DNA of 64,000 bases from Chrysomallon squamiferum (lineage: Eukaryota > Animalia > Mollusca), in assembly GCA_012295275.1 (NCBI GenBank), contig CM022669.1, positions 11,904,001 through 11,968,000 on the forward strand, read 5' to 3'. The notes beneath the pieces were generated by a model. That model saw only the letters and a program-made list of their open reading frames with translations, searched no databases and had not been told where the DNA came from. This document shows, one piece after another, positions 26,164 through 45,945 of the stretch (position 1 is its first letter; each line of letters begins with the position of its first letter). A program made the position numbers and the translations under genes.

Positions 26164-28156
26164 TTGTTGTTAGGTTCTGGAAAAGATTAATATATTTTGA
26201 CATTATCTGGAATCTAAAATTGGCCACAGTCACCAAATTTGCCTTTTTTTCTCTCTCCCTTGCTGAGAGTAAATTTTTTTCTTTTTTTTTTTAAATTTTA
26301 TTTTATCCTCACCTGATTAAATGAATGTTTTTGAGAAATATATAATACTCTTTCAACCTGTACCATAATTCTCATCTGCCTGCTTTTGTCACAATGAACA
26401 AGTATATTATCTTTCAAAACAGAAGACCTGTCAACAAAAAAGAAATCTGAAATCCTGACACAGTTGAACCAAAACAAGAAGACAGAATTCATTTTTGAAA
26501 TATTAAATTATGGAAAATCAAAATTGCTGATAAAAACATATTTTTTTTCTTTTTTCAGGACAAATATATTTAGAATTAAATTTGTGACCATTTCAAAGGA
26601 TTAATACTGTCAGTGCTATTTGTCTTATCAAAATAATTGGTGCGTTTTTGTATGTTCACTATTTATTTATTCCCCATATATATTTTTTTTAATAGTTAGA
26701 AACTTAAAATAACATGTTCCATGAAAGGGATGCCAAGGTTCTTTTCTTATTTTAGTTATCATTTAGTTGTTATCTATATTTAGACTGGCTGAGAACATAC
26801 AATTTGTTTAAAGTTTCTAATCCATACAGATCTGAGTCGTAACCAACAGCAGACAAAACAAACTTCGAGTTAGAAATTTTTTAACTAAACACAGCTTCTG
26901 GGTCAGATATTGTTTTTAATACAGTGAACAGAATTTAAAGCTGAACTGAAATATATAAATGCTATTTTGCTTTAACTTGTATCAGGTGAATCATGTTTAT
27001 AAATATTAAATCATTTTGCAGAATATTGTCCTAATCATGAAGATAGTAAAATTACAAGTTAATAACTAGAACAATCGGTTCTGATTTGATTAAGGTAAGT
27101 CTCGTAGACATCCAGTGCTTACAGATATGAGACAAGAAACAGATTTAAAGAACTTACGATAAACATGTTCATTATAAATAATTCTTTCTAAAATTGAAAT
27201 TAATGTCTTTGCCAGAAAAGAGGACATTATGCAAAATGTGTTTTATTTATAAAATCATTTCCATATATTTGTATGTCTGTCATTTATACATTTATTTCCA
27301 TTATTTCCTTTTTTTTTTGGAAAAATTCATTGTTTATATTCTTTATACTTAAATTAGAATTTATTTCTGATAAACCTGGAGCATAAGTTATAATGAGAGT
27401 TATTTCTGTTTTTTTAACAGAAAAATTATTTTTACTGGGAAGATACGATATTCCATTTTTAAAATAAAAAATCTTTTATTGTTACGATTATAAAATGATT
27501 TAATTATTTTGTTTTTATTACAGTTTATACCTACTTACTTATTTATTTATTTAAGAAAATAAATTTATTAAAAAAAAGACATTACACTTCTAAAGTTAAC
27601 ATGAGCATTAAGTTTTAATTGTTCAGACAAGATGGCTGTTTAAATGAATTTGTTTCAGCCAAGTACTATTTGCTTTTTACTTTTGGTAAAATAATTTCCT
27701 ATGGAGTTTGAAATTTTGTGCAAATATATTTTTGTAGATGTTTTGTTTTTTGTTTTTTGCATTATGCAAATGAATGGGGACTTTTATTTATTTTTTTTTA
27801 AAACTGTTTCCATTTTATAAAGATGCTGTTTATTAAATTTTCTTTTTAAAAAAAGAATTTGACAATTGTTAGAACCTTCATGATTGCAGACTATAAATTT
27901 ATTTTATTTTATTTTTTTAATGCTTTATTTACATTTTTATTCATTGTATTTAGCATTTCCTTTTTGCAGTTAATTATTTTAGGTCATATACAAAAAATAA
28001 TTGTACATATTTATTAAAAGTAATAAGCTGAAATGTGTGTGTGTGTGTGTAAAATATGGTTTAGATCAATTGCTTGTTTTCACTGCCGTAGGTAGTTCAC
28101 GCAAGTTGTCACAAACCTTTTGCTTCCTTAACACATAACAAGTAACCTGATAAATA

Positions 28157-28441
28157 AAGTGTTCCAAACTTTGGTCTGTAGATCACTGAGAATCCAGGAC
28201 CTCAGTACAAAATTTCAAAAGGCTGCAGTGTATAATTATAATATTTATGTTGTTGTTATCTTTCTTAATTTATTGATGAAATATATATCTAAATTTACTC
28301 ATATAATTATCTTTAACTGAATATTCAGTTACATTTATCTTTCAGCTGAGATATGAAACTGGGGAAAAAACTTATTTTATGTTGCAAAGACAGACTTCTT
28401 CAAAGCAAGGAAATAAAAGGTGAAACGGTGGGGAACCACTG
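28157..28441. mobile_element. Old hAT-like MITE relic
   Basis: Left end AGTGTTCCAAACTTTGGTC and right end GGTGGGGAACCACTG resemble CAGTGGTTC-type hAT termini. No TSD is visible. Confidence 0.35.
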
Positions 28442-29440
28442 GCGATAGAATCATATTCCATGTCATAAAATTTCTTCTAATTCAGATATATAAAATCACA
28501 TTAACCAATTAATAAAAATAAACTTTATTGTCTACAAAGCAAAACAAAAACGTATTTGTTTTTCTGTTATATATTTATGACAGGCTTATGTCATTGCATG
28601 AAAGCAAAATAGCAGGTTATTTGAAAAATATGAACATGTATTCTAAAAAGTAAGGGCTTTGATGTGCGTGGAAATTTTTTTATAGAAAAAGTCCTACTCT
28701 CATAATATATATACATTCATTGTGCCATTTAGAAATAAGAGAAATGAAATATAATAATTTCCAAATTAGAACTGAAAATACCATGTATATATATTATTGC
28801 TATACATTTGTTACAAACATCATTAATGGTTTCCAGATAAGCAATAATTATGTCTGTTTAAGAAAAATAAAAACAGTGGAGGTGGACTGATGATAATAGT
28901 TTAAAAGTTCTACATGTACTATTAATAAACATTTTTTTTTTAAATCAGAACTTATAATAACATTTTCTTTTGTTACAAATATGTATAATAATTGTCCCAA
29001 TTAAACAGTAATAATGTTGCTTGCACAGATTTTTTTTTCTCTTTTCTCTTTTTTTTTTTGTGTTGGGTATGTTAGATTACTGATTTCTACAAAAAAAGTG
29101 TTTGTCTTTGCACAAAGCATGTACAATTAAATAATATATATACTTCACATGGTGTTTTATTTTTATTATTCATATCTTAAATCTTACAATTCAGTTTCTC
29201 TGCTGGTTTGCTATATGGTTTTATTTTACAATCACAATATTGGACAAAGTGTAAATCTGTAGCAAAAACTATTTCACAAACACTGGAAAAAAATGTAGGC
29301 AAAAGTTTTAATATTGTGCGTTGAAATTGGAAATGTGCTGAAGGTATAAACTTCAAGATACTGACAAATCTTGCTATGAATGATAAAGACAAAGTTATTA
29401 CCAGTTTAAATAATGTGTATCACAAAGTTTGCTGTACACC

Positions 29441-30130
29441 TCATGTCTTATCCTGCAGAACATATTCAAATTCGTATGTCCAAATGCTAATCAAACCATG
29501 AAAGTACCGATGGGTTCTAAAATTGACTTGAACAAACCCCATACTTTTGTAAAGATTTCTTGCAGGTTCATGAATTGGAGTTGTAATTAATTCAATAACA
29601 CTGTAGTTGTGACTTTTACAGAAATCAATAGTTTTCTGTACCAGTTTTCTTGCAATACCTCGTTTTCGAAACTGTTTTCTCACGGCCATTCGTCTTAGCC
29701 ATGCTATTTTCTTAGGCGTCTTGAACATATTTAAGTTTTCTTTCTTCACAATCGCTATTGTTCCTGCAACTACGCCATCGCATTCTGCAACCCAGAAATG
29801 ATTATCTTCATCAGCACTGAAATAATTCTTATGAACATCTTTCATATCTGAAAGAGGTGGTCCGTAAATATAAAATATTGCAGCTAAAAATATTAAGAAA
29901 TAGACGACGACAGAGTACAAGCACAGAAATGATAACAAGATGTATATGGACTGATAATAAATGAGACAAAGACTGGAACAAATAAAAATGATCGACAGTG
30001 ATCTTGAGTGGTTTACAGCAAACATGAACGATGGATAAACATTGCTGTAATTTGCTTCTTTCAAGACACTCCACACTTCGGTTTTATCTAAAGGTGTCCA
30101 AGACCTTATGATTATATTATGTTCAGACAT
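29441..30130 (-). CDS. GNAT N-acetyltransferase, NAT8/camello-like, 229 aa, uninterrupted ORF
   Basis: N-terminal hydrophobic segment, FWVAECDGVVAGTI, acetyl-CoA motif LRRMAVRKQFRKRGIARKL, and ARNLYKSMGF. Confidence 0.92.
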   Translation of the reverse strand: MSEHNIIIRSWTPLDKTEVWSVLKEANYSNVYPSFMFAVNHSRSLSIIFICSSLCLIYYQSIYILLSFLCLYSVVVYFLIFLAAIFYIYGPPLSDMKDVHKNYFSADEDNHFWVAECDGVVAGTIAIVKKENLNMFKTPKKIAWLRRMAVRKQFRKRGIARKLVQKTIDFCKSHNYSVIELITTPIHEPARNLYKSMGFVQVNFRTHRYFHGLISIWTYEFEYVLQDKT

Positions 30131-30402
30131 TAGAACACTGCATTTGAAAATAATAATATTATATTCTTATTATTTAAATGATACTATGGATTAGACGCAT
30201 CAGGTTATCGAAGATTTTCATCTCTATCCAATTGTACACTTTAGAAACAGACTCGCTTATCCTGGAGTCTGAAACAAATATTGCTTATCGAGACATCATA
30301 CCTCCATCCACTTCCTATCGGCATTTTCGTGCGTGCTTGTTGCTACCTGAACCAAATAACAGTAACTTTTGTAACATAACTTAGTTATTTATATCTTATA
30401 AA
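30131..30402. promoter_or_regulatory. Compact divergent region between the NAT gene and TBCA
   Basis: Only 272 bp separate the two ATGs; CpG-containing; ETS-like CACTTCC near 30309. Confidence 0.55.
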
Positions 30403-31753
30403 ATGGCTGATCCAAGAATTAGAAATTTGAAAATCAAGACAGGTGTTGTTAAAAGGTTTGCATTTTAAATAATATTGTTAGTGAAAAAAAAAAATACAGT
30501 GATATGAGCAATGACTGAATGAGGGATAAAAAAAATGTCTATTAAAATTTATATTTTGAAAAAAAAGAAAAAAAAGAAGTATATATATATATATTAAATA
30601 TTTAAGAACATTATTAAAATAATGTAAATTTAGTAACTATAATTTCCTTCATTTCACAGAGAATTAAACGAGTTTTAACCGAGAAGTTTTATTCGTTCAG
30701 GGATTTGTTGCAATTATTTAGACTGCAATCCAAGGGTCGTGGAACTGGTTTATGGACTCTAGTTGGTTGATAAACTTCTTTTATTAATTCTAAAACTAAT
30801 TATTAATTGGAGGATAGGACTAATTAACTATTAAATTATGTTCCCAATTTTAATAAATTATTAATAATTTTTTAAAGTTAGGCCAGTTAATTCAGAAAAA
30901 GAGTAAACAGACATTTTAAGTAAATTTGAACGTTTATCTGTACAATTAAATAAATATTTTTAAGTGCTTTCTTGTTATTTGTTTTATAAAAAGATGCATA
31001 ATTTTTAAGTTTTATTATTAATATTATTATTATTATTTTATTATCGTTTATTTACATTTGTTACATAATGTAAAAATAAAATTTCAGATATATATTAAAA
31101 TACAGTTTAAAAATTTTGTTATCATGATACACCAAGTAGATCAAATATAAAATAAAATATCAACTATTTTTTAACAAATAATTCAATATATTTAATTCAA
31201 TCAACAATTATATTTTAATTGTTTAACACTGATAGGTTAGTGTAAACTTGTGATTGCCACTTCTTTGTATTTATAAACATATCAGTTAGAAGCAAGAAAT
31301 CTTTCATGCATATTCTCATAAAGTGAAAATTCATACCAATTTTTGAAAAGTCAGCAGAGTATTTAGAAGGACATAATTTATGAATCTACAGTTCACACCT
31401 GAAATAACAAATAGCAAGTTCAAAAATATTTAAAATGATTATAAATAAAAAAATAATAAAAACCATCATAAGAAACTGGTGGTACATTGTTTTTCACAAT
31501 CTCAAAATGAATTTTTAAAAATATTCTTAAAAATGCAAGAATGATTGAAAAAAAAAGAAAAAGAAAAGCGGTGTAAACATTACTTTTTTTGTTGCAGACT
31601 GACCAAGGAGAAGTCCATGTATGAGCAAGAGGCTAAAAAACTTATAGAAAAAGTAGAAAAAATGAAAGCTGATGGAGGTGATGAGTATGACATTAGAAAA
31701 CAGGTTAATGTTTTCATTTATTATATTATAACTTTTTGAGTTGAACTCCTGAG

Positions 31754-31790
<37 letters not shown>

Positions 31791-32370
31791 AGAGGGGTTG
31801 TTTGTTGTTAAATGAGAATAATTTTTCATATCTAAATTTATGCTTAAATTGTTTATTAGTGTTGCAGCTACTATAACATAAATTATTATTTCTTTAGACT
31901 GAGGTAGCTGAGGAATCTAAAATGATGATTCCAGATACTATTAGAAGATTAACTTCAGCAACCAATGAACTGGAAAATATACTGGTACGTTTCAAATGTG
32001 ATAATGCACACCGAATGTCATGCTTTGCCTGTTTGTTATTATTTATTTAATTAACAAGTATTAACCAATTTTTTCTCTCTTCAAACGAAAACCTAAAAAT
32101 GGGTTTTAATGATAAAATTTCATTTGTATTTAATGTTAGTTTTAATTCATGTGAATTCGATATTGAGGTTCATTACTTAACCAAAAAAATTCAAATAGAG
32201 ATTAACTTCTTACGGTTTTTGCTGCTGTGTCTGTTTACATATAAAACTGGCATCTCTATATCTGGTTTCTTCGTGTGTTCTAGAAAACAGAAGAAGAACT
32301 GGCCGAGGCAGAAGAATACAAGACAGCAGAAGAATGTTTAAAAGCAGCCAGGACTGCTTTAACCTGTTGA
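30403..32370 (+). CDS. TBCA: Tubulin-specific chaperone A, 110 aa
   Basis: Exons 30403-30455, 31598-31703, 31898-31984, 32284-32370: MADPRIRNLKIKTGVVKRLTKEKSMYEQEA...YDIRKQTEVAEESKMMIPD...AEEYKTAEECL. Confidence 0.97.
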
Positions 32371-35300
32371 ATATCAGTAACTCATGACTCAGTCAGAATT
32401 CTCAACTATTACAAAATGTTCTCTAAATAAAGGACCCATTTAACTGCCCTCATCAAGTCAACTTAATATTTGAATTGTATTTAAAAAAAAAAACTTAAGC
32501 ACTAAATTCTCCCTTATTATCCCAAAACTGTTCAACAATATTTAAAACATTTTTTTAAGCTTTTGGGTATTACTAATAAATAAGATTGAATATAAATAAT
32601 ATACTCATACTTTGATAAAGTCCAGTTTATAAAAAAGACTGCAAACCCCCCCCAAAAAAGTATTCATGTTACATATTGCAATTTGCTTAAAATTTTGTTT
32701 CATTGAAATGTTTGTATTGTGTACCATTATTAATTGGTTATATTTCAATGCGTTTTACAGTGTTGTTTGAATTCTGGCATCTTAATAATTTATAAAAACA
32801 TGGCTAAATGCTACTTTGAAAGATTCATTGGTTATTTGTGTATATGTCTGCATTAACATTTCTTACCATTTCTTGAATAAAAGTTTCTATTTGTATTCAT
32901 ATTTATTACATTTAAGTTTGCAGTATGTTATGCTTTTTTTTTATTAATTTTGTGTACTTTTAATGTGCATATAACTTTAAATTTTACGAATAGAACATTT
33001 TAATTATAAATTTTGTTTACTTGGAAATTAATGTAGAATTAGAAAATAAAACACTGCAGAAAACATATAGTTGAATATAAAACGGAATTAATCATAAAAT
33101 GGTTAAACTGATTTTGTTTTACAGGAAAATTATAATTGAAAAAAACAAAAAATCCCACTAAAAAGCTACATTTTTGGAAACTACTGACTGTTTAACATGT
33201 GTTAAGTCATATAAATCTTCAGTGATAAACAATAAACCATTGCATACCTAATCTTTATTCACCACTCATAGCACATAGAAGACATTTTTGACTGCTTCAG
33301 AATATATTTAAAATACATTAAAGTATGCATGTTACAAGATGTTGATCTGAGTAAGCTCTTTTTATCTTATTTTGTATTTAAGATCAAAATTTTCATTTTC
33401 CATTTTCTTTAATTGTTGTTTAATAGAATTTGTTTTTTTTTTTCCTCTTACATTCTGGATTTTTCTTTGCATATGTCATCCTCAATAAAATATTGATTAA
33501 TTTCAATGAATTTCATGTTTTTCTATTCTTACTATAAGCATTCCACTGTGTTTAAAAATGTTATGACATTACTGTAACAGCAATACAATTATTAGCATAA
33601 AACTGAATTCTTTACAACCACTATATCTTCTATCTGTTTTAATAAGAAATTTCGTTAAAGATACATTTTAAAAATTTATACAGAGGTTTTTTTCATATAA
33701 AAAAATTTGCACTGGTTAATTATCTGATAAAGGTGATTTATTACCATTGTTACAGAGTCACTATCAGTAAAACAATGTTTTTAAAAAATGAATCCTTGTT
33801 ACTAATTTGAAAGAGTGCTTAGTGACAGCTGTGGTTTTGACTCACAAAACAGTAATCAAATATGAATGACAGCTAATCATCATAAAGTAAAAATGTGAAG
33901 GTATTGTAAAAAGAAAAACAGTCATATTCCCAGTATTGACAACCCCATCCCTCAGGAAAAAAAATGGGAACAAAAAAACAACAAACATAATATAATAATG
34001 TTAAACCCTTTAAAATATTTTCAGCATACTATATATTTTAAATAAATTTATAATCACAAAACAAAATTTCAAAAATAAAGCATTTTATTTCATTAGCATT
34101 TAACAGAAAACAATTATATTTTTGTGCCAAATTCATGAAAATATGTGCTGTGGTTTTAATAGATGAATTATATAAAACATTTGTAAGAACAACAATTTAC
34201 ACAGAAAAAAAAAAAACACACAGAAAAATTAAAGTATATTTATCAAAACCACACAAATACAAAACTACACTAACATATATACCTCTGAAATGTCATTATT
34301 CAGTGAGTTATTCCAAATTTAAAATTTATATTAAAATTATGTTCTGATAAAAATGAGAATTTTAAGATGCCGTCACCCTAGTGAGATCCATGTTCAAAGA
34401 TGTTCATACAGTATATAATTTAAGGCATTCACTTCTAAATTAAAATGAACTTAAGTCTTAAGAAGGCTTGATACAGATAAAGGCAATCCAAACAATAAAA
34501 ACTATATATCTAACATTTCTTTTCTAACATTTTTGTGGTCTTAATTCTAAAAATGTAGCACAATATATATTTTTTGTCATGTAATATGTTATTCACATTT
34601 GATTCATTGAATTAACAATCACCTGCAATATTTTCTGTTGGGGGGTGAATGACCATTTCAAAACCATATGGAATTTAATAATATTAATTTTAAAATTGTG
34701 CTTCTTCATTTCATAGATTCAGTGTCATGTTAAACTCTTTGCAACCAATTTCCTACTGTTTAAAATAATAATAATAAACAAAAATAATAAAGCCTATATA
34801 TGAGAAACTATTACTAATTCTAAAGATAAACATGAAATTATTGAAACCAAATATGTAATTTTAAACAGAAGAAAAACGCAATAAAAATGCACCGTTATTG
34901 CAAATGTGACAGCTGAGATTTGTAATGTTTTATCACAGAATAAAATATTCATACAATTTGAATATATATATATATACATCTGGTATATATTAGTTTTAAA
35001 ATTAAAAATAAGCCAAAATTTAAAAAGCGGAAATAAATGTCTAATATTAATAAATGACCTGTAACATTCATTAACAATAATTAAGTAATCCATTCTTCAT
35101 AAATAAAAAAAAAATGATCATAACAAAATGTTTAATTTTTTAAAAATAAGCTGCTTTCTTTTTCTTTACAAACTACTTTACTTTTCATTTAAATCATTAA
35201 ACTTTGTGCCTTATTCTGTTAACATATGTATACATGTTTCTTGTATCTAAAATTAAAAATTCATAATTTCAAATTTCAAAAACAATTGCATACCTATATA

Positions 35301-36070
35301 TACTTTTGAAAATATCTTAATACCTGTTCAGACAGTTCTGAGAAACAAAAGGGACAGACAAACACACACAACATGTCTAAGAAATAAAAGGACAAAGTGA
35401 TTCAAAATAAATAAATTATTGTTATAAATAAATAGACATTAATAATCAATGTAACTGATTAGGATAACAAATAAAAAAAAAGTCACATAATCATGGCAAC
35501 TGCAATCAATCAACTGCCATATTAAAATATCACAGACTTGATTGGGCATCGTAGTGCCTATCACAAAACATGCTCAGATTCATGTTTGCATCACTTTCAT
35601 TTCACCAAAATCACCAAGAAAAAAAAAAAAAAAAATGCATATAAATCAGTTTTACAAGATGTTTTAATTTTTAGTACTAGTTTTTCTCTCTACACCATCC
35701 TCCAAAAAGTTATAATTAAATATTGAAAATAATAATAGTACATATAACATTTGAAATAAGCCCAGAAGAAGATAATTAAAACTGGTAATCTTTTTATACA
35801 TTTTACGGGAACATTTTTATTGTACAACCTCTGTAATATTTCTTTGAATATTATTTTAATAATTTATTTCTTTTCTTTCATTCTTTTTAAAGGAATAATA
35901 ATAAAAAAAATTAACTTAGATTTATTAAACAAATTTTTTTTTCAAACCTCTCTGTAAATGTTTATTGCTAAACTAAAAATATTTTTTTTTAAATAAAAAT
36001 TATATAATTTAAGAAGAGAAATAAAATGCATTTTCAGCCCTAGTAAGTATGCGATGTTTGAAACTGCTGA

Positions 36071-41596
<5,526 letters not shown>

Positions 41597-42259
41597 TTAC
41601 CTGCCAAAGAATTAAATAAAGAAATATTTTTTTTTTAAATAAAGGAAAATAAATAAAGTAAAAAATGATCTATACATTTGCCAAATGTTATAATTAATCT
41701 TACTTGTTTTAATGTTCAAAATGTGCTGTATGTAACTTATGAATAAAATAATTACATATATTACTTGGATTTTAATTTTCAGCCTGTAAATATCGAATTT
41801 ATTTATTATTTCTACCTACAAATAGTAAATTAATTTATCAGATCTGCAACAAACATAAACACCTATTTTCTTATATATACTGATAATAATTTCACAGTGA
41901 AAAATATGCTTTTGTCACCAATTGTTCCACTAATACTGACTACATATATTCTACATGTACTACAACATATTTTACTAATTCAGAAAATTTTACTACTTAT
42001 ACACAACATAAATATTTTTTATCTATTTAATAATAAATATAATTTTAAAAATTAATGAAAAGAAGAACAATATAAAACAAAAAAACAAAACTGAAAATAT
42101 AATAAATAGTTACAATGGTTTGAGAATGGAATTTCATTGATTTTTTTTTTTTTTTTGGTTTGTTAGGTTCACTATGAATAAGCAAATTGCTAAAAAAAAA
42201 AAAAAAACCCATTTTCTAACACATTTGTCCAACACGAAAAACATAACTAAAAATAATTA

Positions 42260-42648
42260 CCGTTTACGTTATATTAAGGCCATCTTCAGCTCCTGTTTAA
42301 CTTTCTCTGCAATAAATATTTGGTATCCCATGTAAACAATCCACCATAGAAACAGAGTTGTTGATGATGGGCATTAAAGAAGATTAAGTACTGTTACTGT
42401 TTATAATAGTTGTCATTTCTGTTAATGGCAATGTATATTTGAGTTACATTAGTTTTATCGTTTGAATAATGCAGGGAACTTTATATGCATTCCTGTACCC
42501 GTCTTTTTTCATTTTCCACCCGGAAGGATTTGTTTATAGTACGAAAACAATAGATGTTACGTTTCTTTTTGAAACGTTCCGCTTTCCGTGAACCAGTCCA
42601 CAAACAGTAGAACTCTTCCAAGTTGAGATTTACAAATGCAATGAGGAA
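42260..42648. promoter_or_regulatory. Divergent promoter shared by the ZNF474-like gene and ULK3
   Basis: Likely non-coding first exon of the ZNF474-like gene (minus-strand donor near 42260); CpG-containing; forkhead motif TGTAAACA 42331-42338; RFX-like half-site CATAGAAAC 42345-42353; CCGGAAG near 42520. Confidence 0.55.
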
Positions 42649-45600
42649 ATGGCTAGACCTTCGTCTGCTAATGCAGTCGTCCCCAAGCTAAAAGACTTTG
42701 TTTTCACTGATAAGCTAGGAAGTGGAACATATGCTACAGTTTATAAAGCTTATAAAAAAGTACGTTACTATTTTTAATATTTCTTTAAATTTTATCTTCA
42801 AAACAGACGACGTTATCGTTTGCTACTGTTGTCAAAATATAATCTGTTTTTCAGTCACGAGTCTCAGTCAGTCATTCATTATTCCACGAGACAGTGTTAT
42901 GATATTGAAACTGGGCAATCCAGTTATTCGTTTATTAGGATATGGTAATTCCTTGGTTGGCAATATCTGAAATAATAGCTTTGGTTTGGCAAGAAAGAAT
43001 AACTAACATCACTTATTAAGAAATAATAATCATTAGTATACTTGTAAATACATATACATTTTAAGATGTTTGGAAACCTAAATAGCAAATGGTCTGCATT
43101 ATGATATACTGTGAAAAGATCTATAAAACACTGAGCAGAACTTGAGGCCACAACAATGTTCTCTATACACTAAATATGATTGACCATTCAATCTATTACG
43201 CATGTAATGATGAAGAAGAACTTTTTACAAATCACACAGAATAAATAAATAAATATTAAATGTAAATTTATATATAGAAATATGTAGTATTGTTTAATGA
43301 TTAGCTAATAATATCAACAAAAAAAAAAGTAATAAAAATTAAAAATTAAATAGAATAGATTTTGTTTTCTTCTACATCATCATGTTATTATTTTACTATG
43401 GAATTCATTAAATATATATATATATATATATATATATACTGTTTGTTTTTTTTAAACTTCTTTTATAATGTGATACAAAAAAACAGATCTAAAAAAAATT
43501 AACTGATTTGTTTATTGATTTTTGATTGGTATCAACCTGAAAGATATTCTTGGCAAACTTAGCCTAGTAGATGGCTTTTCCTTTGAAATGTATAACCACT
43601 TTATAATATTTAATACAGACAATGATAAGTATTTATATTTATTTGTATTTATTTCAGACAGGTTTAAGAGAAGTTGTTGCCATAAAATGTGTCCTGAAAA
43701 CAAGTCTTAATAAAGCCTCAACTGAAAATCTTCTCACAGAGATAGAATTATTGAAAAAGCTAAAACATGACAATATTGTTGAACTCAAAGACTTTTTGGT
43801 AACAAATACTTTTTTTAAAACACAACAAATCTGTTAAAAATCATATATTATTAAAATGTATTATAAATATTTTGGTCCCTTTTCAGTTTTGTTAAGAAGA
43901 ACAAGTTCTGTTCTTTCTTTTGTTGAAATCTTGTTTGAAATAAAATATAATACACTTTTTTTTTTTAATTAATAAGATTGTTTATTATGTAGTAATTAGA
44001 GCATAATTTTACATTTTCTTTTTCTTCCAACAAATCCTGTAAAATTATATATATACAGAAAGGGTCTAACATTCAACATAACAGTAATTTAACTTTTCCT
44101 TTATACAGAGTTAATTCTTCTTTTCTTGTTATCAGTGGGATCAGACACATATTTATCTTATCATGGAATACTGCAGTGGTGGAGATTTATCCCACTTTAT
44201 TCGCTCCAGGCGCACATTACCTGAAAGGATTGTGAAAAGATTTTTGCAGCAGATTGGTGAGTTGTATATTATACAAAAATCTTATTTCATTTTATGTTTA
44301 AACAGAATGTAAAGTTTAAAGTTAAGATTGTGTATTGTATGAAAAAAATAATAATAATAAAAAATAAAAATGTTTTATATACAATATATTTATTTTGAGA
44401 TCTAATTATAATGGTTGTAATTATTATTTTGTGCTTGTTTTATATCCTGTTTTTACTAATCTTTTCATTATTTATTGTTATTATTTTTATATGTATTTTT
44501 AATTTCTTTCAGTTGAGTTATTATTTTTTTTTTATTTAGTTAATTTTTTTTTTTTTTTTTTTTTTTTTAATTATACTAACTTTTGTGTTTTGTATTTCTT
44601 TTAGCTCAGGCTTTGTTTTATCTATGGTCATTCAAAGTTGCTCATATGGACCTTAAACCACAGAATATTCTGCTTACATCATCAACAAATCCAACCATTA
44701 AAATTGCTGGTAAGTCTACAAAAATATAGATCAAAATAACAAATTTAAAAAAAAAAATTCCAAAAAATGAATTACAAAGAAATTGAGAACAAATTAAGAC
44801 TGCTCTAATTAAATAACTTTGCCTGTATGATAAGATAAATTTGGTCGTTTTATTTATTTCATTACGTGTTGGAACAGTAACAGCCATAATTTATATCACG
44901 ATGTTATGCATTTCACTTCAGAAAGATATATGCTGGGTTTATTTATTTATGTAATTAAAATAGTTATCAAATTGTTTTCACTTGCATTTTCAAACTGTGA
45001 AACTCTTAAAGGGATATTTATTTCCTTATTTTATTTTATTTTATTTTAAATTTTTAATTTAATTTAATTTAATTTAATTTAATTTAATTTAATTTAATTT
45101 TATTTTATTTCATTTCATTTCATTTCATTTCATTTCATTTTCATTTTATTTTATTAATTTTATTTTATTTTATTTTATTTCATTTCATTTCATTTCATTT
45201 TATTTTATTTTATTTTATTTTATTTTATTTTATTTTATTTTATTTTATTTTATTTTATTTCATTTTATTTTATTGTGTGTTAGTGTTAATATACTGTTTT
45301 GTCTTGCAGATTTTGGTTTTGCCATGCATTTGTTTGAAGGAGATGGTCTTCACATTATGAGAGGCTCCCCTCTGTACATGGCACCTGAGATTATCTGCAG
45401 GAAAAAATACGATGCAAGAGTTGATTTATGGTCAATAGGTGTCATTTTGTATGGTTAGCAAATTGCTGTTGAGAATTGTTTAAGCCATGTGATTATCTAT
45501 AAATTATTTCATAAACTCATAAAGACATTACAGCATTTCTTGCAATTGGTTTTGCTGTCTTGTTTTCATTATATGTCAGTAATCTAATTCTAAAAAAATA

Positions 45601-45902
45601 TATAATTTATAATTTGTTTCCATCTTAAAAGTTATTATATTAAATTATTTTTATTGTAATATAATAATTAAAACTTAAACAATTAAAATATTGATCAACC
45701 ATTACTATGAAAACATATTTCTTTCACACTTTGATTATATAAGATCCTTTCTTTTATTGGTGAATTTTATTTTTTAAGAGTGTTTATTTGGTAAGGCTCC
45801 ATTTGCTTCTGAAAGCTTTAGAGAACTGTCTGTAAAGCTGCGAGACTCCAAACCTGTAGAGGTAAAACAAAAAAACACACACAAAAACAATACACACTAG
45901 TA

Positions 45903-45945
<43 letters not shown>

